64,000 nucleotides of DNA, taken from Klebsiella phage FKP3. Where the stretch lies: sequence record PP895363.1. One strand, given 5' to 3'. How positions within the stretch are numbered: position 1 is the first letter of the stretch; every line of letters starts with the position of its first letter. Positions 47,506 through 57,553 of this stretch are shown piece after piece. Under the pieces are notes generated by a model, which saw only the letters and a program-made list of their open reading frames with translations, was not told the origin of the DNA and made no database searches. A program made the translations under genes and the position numbers.

Positions 47506-48633
47506 TTATTTCTGGGCGTGTTGTTTCAGAAGGTTAGCTTTTTGCTGAATGAGTTCAGAAGCACTTTTAGCAACCAGTTCAGGATTAGAAGCTTCTACCC
47601 CAATCTCTTTGCCAAACTCTTTCTTAACTGCTTCAATTTCTTCACGAGCTTTACTGAAAGCTTTAACTACAGTTTCTGCAACTTCGTTATTTTCAATAAG
47701 GTATTTTACGAGAGTTTCTACTTTATCTTCTTCTACGAATTCGTAAGATTTGATAACTAGAGTGTAGTCATTTTCGATACGAGCGGCTTCTGCTTTTAAT
47801 AGTTCTTCAGCCTGAGCACGTGCTTTTTGAATTTCTTCCTGAGCTTCAGCCTGAGCCTGAGCTTTAGCATCAGCGGCTGCTTTTTCTACTGCTTCTGCAA
47901 TCTGGGCTTTAATCAGATCTTGGAATTCAGCAGATTTCAGGAATTCTTCTTTGTTAATATTATCCAAAGGGGTATCTCCTTTATTTAGTTCATTTGTGTT
48001 TGCAGATGATTGTTTATTGTCTTCTGCTGGGTGATCCTCTGCAATCACAGAGTTGTTATTGGTGCGAGCTGAATGAGCTTTCACCAGATAATCTTTAACA
48101 TGTGCATGTTTTAAAGCACCTTTAACAAGGCTACCTAAAGCATCATCAATTAAGTTATCAAAGAAGTCTACAGATACTAAAACATCACCTTCAACTACTT
48201 GGTAATCTGTTGTCTGAACTACTGGATTTGCAACGTCACCTACTTCTACAAGTAGTCCGTTAATAGTAAAATCAGTAGAGAACATTCCGTAATCACTACA
48301 GAAAATAACAATACCATTATCGAAATCAGCATCAACAACATATACCCAATCCCAACCCATTTCGTATTTTTCACGAACGGCTTCATTCAGGAGAGTCATT
48401 AACTGTCCGAAATAGGATTTACGTAATTCAGTAACGTCTTCGCCCATATCTTCTAGAGCTTTCAGTTTTTCTAAACTGATATCTGGTTTATCACCAGACT
48501 TAAATAATAGAGGGGTATTAAAACCAGAAGCTGCACCACCTTGGAAATCGAAGGTATATGCGATGTGCGCTCCGCATGAGTCTTCCGTAGCTTTACCCGA
48601 AAAGTCTACGTCAGCTAAATATGTATGTGCCAC
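47506..48633 (-). CDS. prohead protease fused to a scaffold-like coiled-coil domain
   Basis: N-terminal protease-like domain; C-terminal Ala/Glu/Lys-rich coiled coil (AEAQEEIQKARAQAEELLKAEAARIE). Confidence 0.55.
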   Translation of the reverse strand: MAHTYLADVDFSGKATEDSCGAHIAYTFDFQGGAASGFNTPLLFKSGDKPDISLEKLKALEDMGEDVTELRKSYFGQLMTLLNEAVREKYEMGWDWVYVVDADFDNGIVIFCSDYGMFSTDFTINGLLVEVGDVANPVVQTTDYQVVEGDVLVSVDFFDNLIDDALGSLVKGALKHAHVKDYLVKAHSARTNNNSVIAEDHPAEDNKQSSANTNELNKGDTPLDNINKEEFLKSAEFQDLIKAQIAEAVEKAAADAKAQAQAEAQEEIQKARAQAEELLKAEAARIENDYTLVIKSYEFVEEDKVETLVKYLIENNEVAETVVKAFSKAREEIEAVKKEFGKEIGVEASNPELVAKSASELIQQKANLLKQHAQK

Positions 48634-48635
48634 GT

Positions 48636-49115
48636 TTAATCCTTCTTAACTATTCTACCCATTGCACCAATACTCAAACCTTTAAGAATACCATCTTTTC
48701 TTGCTTGATATAGTTCTGGATCGTAGAATTGTATTTTGACGAGTGGTGTACCTTCAACCACAAATTCATCTCCAATATAACAGTCCACCTCATTAACCCA
48801 TGCTTTGACAGGTTTAAATTTATCTGTATTTTTAAGATGGCCTAAATTACCACTAACATTGGAAATATTTTGATTAAAGTTGTCAACCATTTTTCTAATC
48901 TCAAGATCAGACATACGTTCACCATGTAGGTCATCGTATTCAGGTGGACAGTACATTACTTCGATAACCTGCATTTTTTCTTCATCAAACTTATTCTGTT
49001 TAATTACTTGCGCAGGTGTTTCTTCTGGAGTAGAATCTTGTTGAGATGGGGGAGTATCTTTCGTTCCGCTGAACGCTTTAAATAGTTCCCAAAGAGAGTC
49101 TTTATTAAGTTCCAT
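48636..49115 (-). CDS. head morphogenesis protein
   Basis: 159 aa between portal and protease. Confidence 0.4.
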   Translation of the reverse strand: MELNKDSLWELFKAFSGTKDTPPSQQDSTPEETPAQVIKQNKFDEEKMQVIEVMYCPPEYDDLHGERMSDLEIRKMVDNFNQNISNVSGNLGHLKNTDKFKPVKAWVNEVDCYIGDEFVVEGTPLVKIQFYDPELYQARKDGILKGLSIGAMGRIVKKD

Positions 49116-49200
49116 AATGTTCCTTATAAAAACAAATATCCCATAAGTCTTAGTCTACAGGATATTTGTTTATTTGTCAATACCTAATTTAAAAAATTTT

Positions 49201-50772
49201 TTAATTTGATAAATTGGCAGCAGATGGGTCTAAAGAAGATACACTTGTAGATGTTCCATTTCCAGCACCAGCGGCTAATCCATCCCCAGCTCTTGAAGTT
49301 TTATCAGGCATATATGTTGCCAAGAACTCTTGGAACTTATCCTCGTCAGCCACAATATCATCAGGAATACGATAAGATAGGCCACACATCTCAAAGAATT
49401 CGTTTAACACCTGTGGTGTTAATGGTATTGCTCCTGCTGCAACAAGTTGCTGGATAGCTTTAGCATTGACTTCAAGATCAGGATCACCAATATCATTACT
49501 CTTGAACTTAGGCATATCTTCATCAGATAAAAATATGTTGTTCATGCGTAATAGTTGGGGAATTACTTGAGTATTTAAAGCTTCTGTGATAATGTCTACA
49601 TCACGTTCTATAAAATGGGATAGGAGTGTTTGTTTATTATCTGCAAGAGAAAAACTACCACCCTCTCCATCTCCCATGATAAGAACACTAGCACCAAACC
49701 TATTATAGATATCTAATTTACGTTGTTTTATTAATGCCTGTGTATCAAATTGCTTACCATTACCTTCCACACCCTGGAAATGCAAGTCATATTGACGCAT
49801 AGAGGTGTTTTCATAAATGTCTGAAGGGAGAACCATATAAGATTGCTCACCTGCGTGTAGGTTAGCTATATTGGCTTGTAGCACTCTGAGAGATTGTGCT
49901 TCGTCACCTTCAGGGTTTAATGATGCCCTATTTAGAATATCACTAGGAACTAATAGAACGGGCATACCGCCTAAGTCTTTAGATACACCAACAACCTCAA
50001 ACTCTTGGATTAAAGATTTTTCACGCCAAGACCTGTAAACTGCCAAGAGAGGACTAACTCCTAATGGAGTATTTTCTGTAATGTTTGTACCCAGATACAG
50101 AACCTTACTCATAGGTATTTCTTTGCGTCCAATGAGATTAGGATTAATATTTCCTACAGAGGTAAGCATTGAATTGGTGATATTCTGATTTACTGTAAGA
50201 ATTGTACGACCATCATCAGAATAAGTGAAAGGTTGTACTGGATCAATTGTATCTTGTGGTCTGAATGCAAGTTTAACAATACGCCAATAACCAAAATACG
50301 GGCTTTTCGGATCTTCATCAAGTTCATAAACTTTCTCTGCAAAAGCAAAACCAAACTGTTTATAGGTTAATAAAGATCTAACATATTGTCTTAATGTTCC
50401 ATTCATATTTCTTAGACAATAATCTACAAATTTTGCAGCTTGTCTTGATTTTTTTGAATTTACATTACTTGTAATAGTAAAATCAAAGAATGCTCTATCT
50501 ACAAAGATGTAAGTAGCATCTAACGCGGTAGCTACATCTGGGTCTTCCCCCATTTCTTTGAAGGTACGGATATTTTCTGGAAAACGAGTCTCATATGGCT
50601 GCATGAAATTAGTGAAAGCCTTAATAGAATTAAGACCAATAGTACCAATTTCAGGAGAGAGTACCAGACTTTTTTCTTTCTCCAAAGATTGTGTTGGAGA
50701 TAAGGCTGCTTTATTTACCTGCCCTTTATTCCAGTAATCCGACTTTTTCGTATATTTACGTTTTCCTGTCAC
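49201..50772 (-). CDS. portal protein
   Basis: 523 aa immediately downstream of terminase. Confidence 0.7.
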   Translation of the reverse strand: MTGKRKYTKKSDYWNKGQVNKAALSPTQSLEKEKSLVLSPEIGTIGLNSIKAFTNFMQPYETRFPENIRTFKEMGEDPDVATALDATYIFVDRAFFDFTITSNVNSKKSRQAAKFVDYCLRNMNGTLRQYVRSLLTYKQFGFAFAEKVYELDEDPKSPYFGYWRIVKLAFRPQDTIDPVQPFTYSDDGRTILTVNQNITNSMLTSVGNINPNLIGRKEIPMSKVLYLGTNITENTPLGVSPLLAVYRSWREKSLIQEFEVVGVSKDLGGMPVLLVPSDILNRASLNPEGDEAQSLRVLQANIANLHAGEQSYMVLPSDIYENTSMRQYDLHFQGVEGNGKQFDTQALIKQRKLDIYNRFGASVLIMGDGEGGSFSLADNKQTLLSHFIERDVDIITEALNTQVIPQLLRMNNIFLSDEDMPKFKSNDIGDPDLEVNAKAIQQLVAAGAIPLTPQVLNEFFEMCGLSYRIPDDIVADEDKFQEFLATYMPDKTSRAGDGLAAGAGNGTSTSVSSLDPSAANLSN

Positions 50773-50869
50773 TTGTTTCCCCTAAGTCGTTTTACAAAAG
50801 ATAATCTGCCCTAGAAAAGGGCAGATCTATAAAAGTACTTTACCATACTTTTAATACTTTTGTCAATCT

Positions 50870-52075
50870 TTATCTTGATCTTATTTTATAAGGTTGACCA
50901 AAAGATGCCCTACTTCCACTAGACATTTTACCATATCCTGTGGTAGCTCCTAGTGGCGTAGGAATGGCTACAGCCTTGAATACAGCCTCTTTCATCAGTG
51001 TATTAAAACAAGATGCCGCAGCATCCGGGATATCGTCTTTGAGTGTTGCAGTAGACCTCTCTCCATTGAAAGATTCTAATTCTTTATAAAAGTGATCTAA
51101 AGTTTCTTTATTTGGGAAAGAGTCTTCAACAATATATACAAAACCATTTTGACAAGCACTACTAAAAGGCATAAAACGCTGTAGTTTCTTTTTGTTCCCT
51201 GGCATTGCATCAGGTTTTACAATGAAACCTTCAGAAATAAGCTTCTTAGCAGATTCTGTATATTCAATCAAACCTGCACCAGATGGGTCTTTAGGAAGAA
51301 CTACAATAACCTCATCTCCATCAATTTTACATTGATTAAGAATCAAATTATCTCGTTCACCCGGTAATCTTCTAAATCTACCAAAGATTTTACTTTTCTC
51401 ATCTACTGCATCGTAATCATAATCTCCGAAGATATAGACATTACCATCAGTATCTTTACCCATTTTGACAGACGTGGTATAGTCTGGATAACGATACGAT
51501 TCTGTCGGAACAGATACAGCTTTATCCCATGCTCGCATATACTTCATATTATTTGGCACATCTGAATATTTAATTACATGCAACCATTCTCTATTGAAGA
51601 AACTTTCTTCTTGTGCTCTTGCAAACCAACACCCATCTAAGAGCTGTGCTCTTTTCACTGCGGTTTGTGCTTTCAGAGAGGCTAGATATTTAGGATTAAG
51701 ACGTATAAGCTCTGGATTATCAAATATAGTTCCGCCGATAAATACAAAGCTCTGCGGTTCGATAGTAACTATTTCGCCTGTATTTGGGTTTTCCATGAAG
51801 CAGTTTTCAGGATACTTTTCCTTTAGTTCTTCTGGGTCTTCTGCAAATACCGGTTCATCATTTACAATAAGAAAATATAGTTGTTTACCACACATGTCGT
51901 CGCGTGGAAATCCTGCTTCATCTAGATAAGGTAATACCCAATTAATAACCCAACTATCTGCATCTGGGTTACAGGTGCATAGCATAAAAGATGTTGCAGA
52001 CTCAGAACGTAAACGACCAAGAAGGTAAAGCATTTCATATTGTGTGAAATGTGTCCTGGTGTTCGAGAAGGCACG
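50870..52075 (-). CDS. terL: terminase large subunit, downstream exon (remainder of ATPase C-motif plus nuclease domain)
   Basis: FMLCTCNPDAD (TxN coupling motif) and nuclease-domain acidic residues; frame open upstream of ATG 52033 to stop at 52076-52078. Confidence 0.75.
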   Translation of the reverse strand, partial: RAFSNTRTHFTQYEMLYLLGRLRSESATSFMLCTCNPDADSWVINWVLPYLDEAGFPRDDMCGKQLYFLIVNDEPVFAEDPEELKEKYPENCFMENPNTGEIVTIEPQSFVFIGGTIFDNPELIRLNPKYLASLKAQTAVKRAQLLDGCWFARAQEESFFNREWLHVIKYSDVPNNMKYMRAWDKAVSVPTESYRYPDYTTSVKMGKDTDGNVYIFGDYDYDAVDEKSKIFGRFRRLPGERDNLILNQCKIDGDEVIVVLPKDPSGAGLIEYTESAKKLISEGFIVKPDAMPGNKKKLQRFMPFSSACQNGFVYIVEDSFPNKETLDHFYKELESFNGERSTATLKDDIPDAAASCFNTLMKEAVFKAVAIPTPLGATTGYGKMSSGSRASFGQPYKIRSR

Positions 52076-53392
52076 TTACGACCTTCCCCGAGATTACTCT
52101 CTGCTGCATGTTTCCATGCAGAGCAGACTATATCATCATCCATTAGGATGCCTTGCGCTTCGCCTCACTTGAGGCTACTCTACTCACTTCCGTATTTCTA
52201 CGTGCTTTCGATAGTCGTTAAACTTTACACCACACAAACTAAAAATTATAATCCTTGGATACTTCTGTAAAAGTTTTCCTAGATTTTATTCCGTACACTC
52301 TCTGATAGTTTAGGTGTTCACTGCAATGCATCTTAACTATTGCACCACATTTAAAACCTTTCTCTAACATCTCGCATATCCATTTAACTGTCTCTACTGA
52401 TAAGGTAGCTGGTCGCGTCAGATTGAAAGTATAATCTTTCACTATGTCTGCAAATATAGCCTTCCTTTTAATATTTCGTACTGTGTGATAAGCTACACCA
52501 ACTGTTTCAGAAACATCTTTCGGACTCAAGCCCTCTTCTAAAAGCTCACAGATCGTTCTTACTTCATGTTCTGTCATATTAGTATTTGGACTATTTATAC
52601 CAGCAGCTTTTACATGTAAACCTGTGTCATAAGCATGTTGTACGTTCTGAGAACAACTTACCCATTCCAAATTACTAGGATGATAATTCATTTTATTTCC
52701 ATCCTTATGGTTTACTTGTTTGTACTCCTCTGGAGAAGGATTCTCTACAAAGATTTCAGCCACTATGACATGGAGAGATTTTGTAGTTCTGCGTCCTGTA
52801 TCAGTAGTCATTGCAACAGCAGGATAACCTCCTCTATTACAACGAATAGTTAATTTATTATTTAGTTTTGTACTAAAGATTTCATAATTATCAGTCATAT
52901 GATACTTAGAAAATCCTTTTATTTCATGCATTTTCACCTCCTGCTAACATTAGGAGTTTGCATGGTGTCTTAGCTTGGTATTGCCCTCGTCTCTACGTTA
53001 GGGGTTTCACCAAATTCACAAGGTTTTCGATACATGTTCCCATGTAAAGGCTCTAAAAATCAAAGCTCGTCGAAACCGACCATACTGTATTGTGTACCTT
53101 GCAGTACGTGTTGATTTACTTAGCATATAGGTAAATCGGAGGATTCCTCCTCACCCTTTATGTTACCATAAAGATCAGACCATATCATAACCCACGTCCT
53201 ATGGGTTGTTGGCGCTTGGAGATCGCTTGATCCCTACTCTACTTACAAGCTTTAGCATCTTGCGTCTTGCTTTCGATGGTCGTTGCACCTTACTCCGAAG
53301 AGTCTTGGCTCAGGATTGTCCTCACAATGAGGAGTTTCCCTGAATTCACCAACTTATTCAACATACATTACTGTATGAGGCCACCAAGTTTA
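52034..53392 (-). mobile_element. intron-like insertion in terL (~1.35 kb; probably group I) carrying an HNH homing endonuclease ORF; exact splice sites not determined
   Basis: Noncoding, structure-rich flanks 52076-52238 and 52938-53392 around an in-orientation HNH ORF; it separates the Walker-A-containing terL segment from the C-motif/nuclease segment. Confidence 0.6.
52239..52937 (-). CDS. HNH homing endonuclease (NUMOD4-like N-terminus, HNH motif NHKDGNKMNYHPSNLEW, C-terminal HTH-like repeats)
   Basis: Motifs seen in translation; embedded in the terL interruption in the same orientation. Confidence 0.8.
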   Translation of the reverse strand: MKMHEIKGFSKYHMTDNYEIFSTKLNNKLTIRCNRGGYPAVAMTTDTGRRTTKSLHVIVAEIFVENPSPEEYKQVNHKDGNKMNYHPSNLEWVSCSQNVQHAYDTGLHVKAAGINSPNTNMTEHEVRTICELLEEGLSPKDVSETVGVAYHTVRNIKRKAIFADIVKDYTFNLTRPATLSVETVKWICEMLEKGFKCGAIVKMHCSEHLNYQRVYGIKSRKTFTEVSKDYNF

Positions 53393-54253
53393 ATGGTTAG
53401 TTTCCGCTGTTACGTTATCATTTTCTAAGTGGTCGAATTTTAATGTTCCACCTCCGGTAGCTCTGAACTCCATTTCCATAGCTTGTTCACGAACATGTGG
53501 CTGAAGTTTCAGATATAGCTTTTTAGCTTCTGTAAATAACCCACCAGGCTTACGTAGAGCTGTTGTATTTTTACGGAATAGGATTCCGCCAAACAGTGGG
53601 TCTTTGCAAGCATATTTTAAAGCTTTCAGCAGGAGTAGACGAGACTTGCCGCTATTCCCAGTAACGAAGATATGATCGCCACGTCTAAAGACAACATAAC
53701 TGCTTGGAGTTTCAAAACAATATTTTTTATCATCACTTGTCATTACCTCGTGTATTTTTAGATAAGTGTTAGTTTTACCTGAGATATTAAATGGTACTCT
53801 TTTACCGAAAGGATTTTCTACATACCCTCTAAGTGGTTCTCCTGCTTGCTGCAATGCAATAAGATCTCCAACTAAAATCTCAAAATGTTTTTTAGATTTT
53901 TTCTTTTTATAGAATACAAACCTGTGTTCCATACTAAGTTCTTGGAATAAACCCACACCATTTGTTATTCTATATAAGTTATCTTTTGTATCATACTCTA
54001 CAAAGTATGGACTAACTAACTCCAGTTTCCTGTTTCTTGGATTGTATTGATAAATATCTTCTCCCGAGTATTGATCAATTCTCTTCCATCCTGCTGGTGT
54101 TAAATACTCTGTCTCTGCTGTAACGCATCCCGCAGCACCCCCATAAATCATTACCTCTGGCATTAAATCCATTGCTAATGTTTGTTTACCCGGTTGAGCT
54201 TTTACTTCAATCTCAATATTTGCTAAGTTTGTCTTAACTGGTTTACGTGCCAA
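53393..54253 (-). CDS. terL: terminase large subunit, upstream exon (Walker A ATPase N-terminus) including an in-frame mini-intein
   Basis: MIYGGAAG...SGKSRLLL reconstitutes the P-loop GGAAGSGKS once residues 43-200 are removed. Confidence 0.75.
53654..54127 (-). other. mini-intein (158 aa) inserted in the terminase P-loop
   Basis: Begins CVTAETEYLTPAGW (block A Cys1), block-B-like SMEH, ends ...HIFVTGN followed by +1 Ser; codon positions verified on the DNA. Confidence 0.65.
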
Positions 54254-54261
54254 AGTTCCTC

Positions 54262-54591
54262 CTATTTAGAAATGATTCCGGCATCTTGCAACGTTTTTAT
54301 GTATGCTTGCAATGCCATCAGCTTTTGTCTATCCTTTTCCCATAAGGCATTGTTCTTTGTTTGATTATCTACAACCTCAGATCTAGAGACGCCTTTTGTA
54401 ATTTGAGTTTGTGTATACACTACAGGTGTTTCTGGAGATTCCAGGTTGCTCTGCTCAGGACTGGCTATTGCCTCTTTTGCAACAGCTTTGCACTCATCAA
54501 TGAGAACTGGTTGGGAATGATTTGTTGATGATGTGCAGCCCGTTATCATTAGGGGCAAAGCAAGACATGCTGCCAGTAGTAGTTTTTGCAT
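54262..54591 (-). CDS. o-spanin (Rz1-like outer-membrane lipoprotein)
   Basis: Signal plus lipobox LMITGC; Pro/Thr-rich; start embedded in the 3' end of the i-spanin gene in another frame. Confidence 0.6.
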   Translation of the reverse strand: MQKLLLAACLALPLMITGCTSSTNHSQPVLIDECKAVAKEAIASPEQSNLESPETPVVYTQTQITKGVSRSEVVDNQTKNNALWEKDRQKLMALQAYIKTLQDAGIISK

Positions 54592-54937
54592 ATTCTTTAG
54601 CCTCTTGTTGGAGTTCAGTTTCTTTTTTCGATAACTTCTCTTTTAGAATTTCAGTATCATTTGAAAGCTTGGCTATTGTATTATTCAACTGAGATCTATC
54701 TGCATCCGCTTTAGCTTGTAATGTATCAAAGTCTTGTTTAGCTTTCGCTTGTTGAATTTGTTGTGTTTGTTGCTCTTTAGCAACCCCTGCATTATAACCG
54801 TCTTCATAAATACTGTTTTTAATATGTATTGCACCAAATACGATAACTAACAGGAGAATAACTCCTATTACAAGATACCTAATCGTCTTGTTGTTCTTTA
54901 TCGTATTCAGTAAAGATATTAGTAAGCTCATCTTCAT
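54497..54937 (-). CDS. i-spanin (Rz-like)
   Basis: N-terminal TM segment, long coiled coil, overlaps the o-spanin gene. Confidence 0.6.
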   Translation of the reverse strand: MKMSLLISLLNTIKNNKTIRYLVIGVILLLVIVFGAIHIKNSIYEDGYNAGVAKEQQTQQIQQAKAKQDFDTLQAKADADRSQLNNTIAKLSNDTEILKEKLSKKETELQQEAKEYAKTTTGSMSCFAPNDNGLHIINKSFPTSSH

Positions 54938-54963
54938 TTACTCTAAATTTAGGTATTGTGGAA

Positions 54964-55167
54964 TTATTGATAATTTTCTTCACTTCCATTGGTTTCGCTT
55001 TCGTCAAGATCTGTTCCCATTGTTCTGTTGTAATCATTCAATTCTTCCTCAATATTCCAGTTACGGGTATAATCGTTTTTCTTATCTCTGTGTGCTGAAG
55101 CACGATTATAGTCATGTTTTGCTACATAGTTTCTCATATAGTATCCTCCTACATTTGATCTTATCAT
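54964..55167 (-). CDS. hypothetical protein, 67 aa (alternative + strand ORF 54888-55169 not excluded)
   Basis: ORF in the same orientation as neighbours. Confidence 0.3.
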   Translation of the reverse strand: MIRSNVGGYYMRNYVAKHDYNRASAHRDKKNDYTRNWNIEEELNDYNRTMGTDLDESETNGSEENYQ

Positions 55168-55300
55168 AGAATCAGTATAAAAAGCAAGCTTTTTAAAAAT
55201 AAAAAATCCCCTAACCTTTCGGAGAGGGGCGTTAAATAACGAGGAGGAGGGAGCAAAGCTCCCAAGAGAGGAGAAGTGTATCTTTAATGATTGTTAAAGA

Positions 55301-55588
55301 TTAAATAGATATTTTATGAGGTGGGGCATCCTGCGGATCGTCAATTTCTTCACTTTCTGCGTAGTGTTCTTCCATCCAACCTTCAACCTGTTCTTTAATG
55401 GTTTTAGCTGCTTGGAATTTTAGATTCTTAGGAGCATCTTTATCATCAATCAGATCGACAATATACTGTGCTGCCTCAACATACTTGTCTGCAAATAATT
55501 CCTTTACTTTTGCTTCCGCTGCAATCATTGCATAAATTTGTTGCATTTCTGCTGTGGGTCTTCCACGACCACGTTTAATTTTTGCCAT
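55301..55588 (-). CDS. small DNA-binding protein with AT-hook-like KRGRGRP; possible terminase small subunit
   Basis: 95 aa, basic N-terminus and acidic C-terminus, upstream of the lysis/terminase genes. Confidence 0.4.
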   Translation of the reverse strand: MAKIKRGRGRPTAEMQQIYAMIAAEAKVKELFADKYVEAAQYIVDLIDDKDAPKNLKFQAAKTIKEQVEGWMEEHYAESEEIDDPQDAPPHKISI

Positions 55589-55652
55589 ATTAGCCTCCTA
55601 ATATTCATTCTATCATGAAACTATTAGTTTGTAAAGTATTAAATGTAAGATA

Positions 55653-55676
55653 ACAAAAAACCCGCCGAAGCGGGTT
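55653..55676 (-). terminator. Rho-independent terminator at the distal end of the tRNA array (minus sense AACCCGCTTCGGCGGGTT + TTTTTT)
   Basis: 7-bp stem, TTCG loop, T6. Confidence 0.65.
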
Positions 55677-55757
55677 GATTATTTGCGTTAAGAGACGCAA
55701 CCCTCTATTCTTAGAAGGAACTAGGCATGTTCTTCGAAGATACCCGCTGGGCGAGTT

Positions 55758-55834
55758 TGGTACTCCGAACTGGACTCGAACCAGTGTTTGACGATTATCA
55801 GTCGCCTGTTCTTGCCATCTGAACTATCAGAGTA
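55758..55834 (-). tRNA. tRNA-Ile(GAU)
   Basis: Manual cloverleaf: anticodon loop CUGAUAA, T-loop TTCGAGT, CCA encoded. Confidence 0.7.
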
Positions 55835-55953
55835 TGAATGTGTGGGCTAGTCTCTTAGCCCTATGCTATACTTGTCTCTTACAGACTGACGTAGCACACG
55901 TGCAGCGACCCTTCATATTTATTTTACATCTACAGAAGGTCATTAGATAGATT

Positions 55954-56031
55954 TGGCAGCAAAGCGAGGAGTCGAACCCCTTAGTCTGTGGTTTGGAGCC
56001 ACATAGAGCGCCATGCTCATTTAAACTTGCT
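55954..56031 (-). tRNA. tRNA-Trp(CCA), D-region irregular
   Basis: Anticodon stem TGTGG/CCACA with loop CTCCAAA; T-loop TTCGACT; CCA encoded. Confidence 0.5.
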
Positions 56032-56042
56032 CGGCTATTGTT

Positions 56043-56120
56043 TGGAGTCAGGGGCGGGAGTCGAACCCGCAATCTTGAGCATATGAAACTCACATGGTAA
56101 ATCCATTCCACCACCCTGCG
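56043..56120 (-). tRNA. tRNA-Met(CAU) copy 1 (first acceptor pairs mismatched)
   Basis: Anticodon loop TTCATAT, T-arm GCGGG-TTCGACT-CCCGC. Confidence 0.55.
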
Positions 56121-56127
56121 CATTATT

Positions 56128-56203
56128 TGGTAGTAACTAAGAGAATCAAACTCTTCTCACAACGCCGTATGAAAGCGTTCGAAACATCAGCTTCACAGTT
56201 ACT
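56128..56203 (-). tRNA. tRNA-like, anticodon CAU candidate, atypical T-loop TTTGATT (possible pseudo-tRNA)
   Basis: Perfect 7-bp acceptor AGTAACT/AGTTACT, T-stem AAGAG/CTCTT, irregular D/anticodon arms. Confidence 0.35.
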
Positions 56204-56208
56204 TTTAA

Positions 56209-56472
56209 TTAAACACGATGAATAATTTTAACTGTCTCGCCTTTATCATTCATCAAATAAGCACTTTCATCTTTGTGTATGAAGGTGGTAGAACTTCCGC
56301 TGATAACGCTGGCAATAACACTATCTGGCTTTTGATAGCCTTCAAAATGGTATTGGACTTTTATGTTACCATCGAGTTCTATATAATGTTCTTCTTCATC
56401 TACATCAAAAGGTACTGAATCATAAATTTTTGTCCCTTGTGGGAACTTACGAATAATTTTTAATGTGTACAT
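56209..56472 (-). CDS. hypothetical protein, 87 aa, embedded in the tRNA array
   Basis: RBS AAGGAAG upstream in minus sense; ORF. Confidence 0.5.
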   Translation of the reverse strand: MYTLKIIRKFPQGTKIYDSVPFDVDEEEHYIELDGNIKVQYHFEGYQKPDSVIASVISGSSTTFIHKDESAYLMNDKGETVKIIHRV

Positions 56473-56559
56473 AATGCTTCCTTAGTAGTATTTAGTATTA
56501 AATAAATGTGCCGTCCCAAGCCGAACGGCGATTAGTGTTATTGCTTGGCATTGATAATA

Positions 56560-56634
56560 TGGTACTTCCTACAGGAATCGAACCTATGACGCTCACCGTG
56601 TAAAGATGACGTTCTGCCATTGAACTAAGGAAGT
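56560..56634 (-). tRNA. tRNA-Val(UAC)
   Basis: Perfect acceptor, anticodon loop TTTACAC, T-loop TTCGATT. Confidence 0.7.
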
Positions 56635-56707
56635 ATGGCGGGGATTTCCCGCACTGTCTATCGCGATATGGACTCCGACAGTGTTCTCGGTTAAATACCC
56701 CATTATT

Positions 56708-56795
56708 TGGTGCTTCAGGTGAGACTCGAACTCACAATCCTCTAGGGCGCTGGCTTCTAAGACCAGAGTGTATATCCATTTCCACCACTGAAGCA
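56708..56795 (-). tRNA. tRNA-Leu(UAG), class II
   Basis: 88 nt, anticodon loop CTTAGAA, long variable arm, perfect acceptor. Confidence 0.7.
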
Positions 56796-56925
56796 TTATT
56801 TAGTATAGGTTAAGAGTTGTATCGGCCCTCTTCTTAAACGGTGAAAGGAAAGTTTGGTTTTTCTCCAAACGTGCTAACACCTTTTACATCCACTCTAAGT
56901 CATCGGACGCAACCTATATTTTTTT

Positions 56926-57001
56926 TGGTGGAGCCGGAGAGAATCGAACTCTCAACAGGAAAGGTGCAAACCTCCCTCGCTACCTTAGTACATGCAACCC
57001 C
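56926..57001 (-). tRNA. tRNA-Ala(UGC)
   Basis: Anticodon loop TTTGCAC, T-arm GAGAG-TTCGATT-CTCTC. Confidence 0.6.
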
Positions 57002-57133
57002 AAATTTTTGCGCCCCTTTGTAGTGAATGTCTTTAAGCGGAGTCTTTAATGCAAGCAATAAATTTACTCACACACTTAATCTTAGACCTACTCAGATGGA
57101 CGGCTTTAGCATGGCGTCCCATACCTTCTTAAT

Positions 57134-57209
57134 TGGCACGGATGGAAGGAGTCGAACCTCCGGCGCAGGGCTTCGTAAACCCTCGTTCTGTCCACTGAAC
57201 TACACCCGT
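57134..57209 (-). tRNA. tRNA-Arg(ACG)
   Basis: D-stem GTTC/GAAC, anticodon loop TTACGAA. Confidence 0.7.
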
Positions 57210-57338
57210 ATAATACTTTGCCTAAAACGCCACAACTTGTTTGGTCTTGCACCGTGTCAGTTGCTATTTATCGGTAGAATTTGAGCCATTAACCTGAGCG
57301 AATATTTGTCATGGTTGTCACACCATCAAGGCAAAACT

Positions 57339-57413
57339 TGGTGCAACCTACAGGTATCGAGCCTGTCTATCTGCCTTTTCAGGGCAGCACTCATCCATCT
57401 AAGTCAAAGTTGC
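57339..57413 (-). tRNA. tRNA-Phe(GAA)
   Basis: Anticodon stem CTGCC/GGCAG with loop CTGAAAA. Confidence 0.65.
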
Positions 57414-57553
57414 ATATTATTAATTGTCATCATGGAAACCGAAAATCCACGCCATATCAACTCGAAGTTAAAAATCCTTGACTTCGGCACCATCTGGTGC
57501 TGGCTAGGCACTACCTAGCAGGACAGTCACAAAATCGTGACGATGACAAAATT

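Noticed and set aside
54888-55169. Plus-strand ORF 54888-55169 (93 aa) versus minus-strand ORF 54964-55167
   Set aside because: Both have low complexity and no clear RBS. The minus-strand one is kept at low confidence only because it follows the operon orientation.
56636-56707. 72-nt segment between tRNA-Val and tRNA-Leu as a tRNA
   Set aside because: It has no TTCGA-type T-loop and the acceptor pairing is poor (5/7). It forms simple GC hairpins and a palindrome ATCGCGAT instead. Kept only as a possible spacer or ncRNA.
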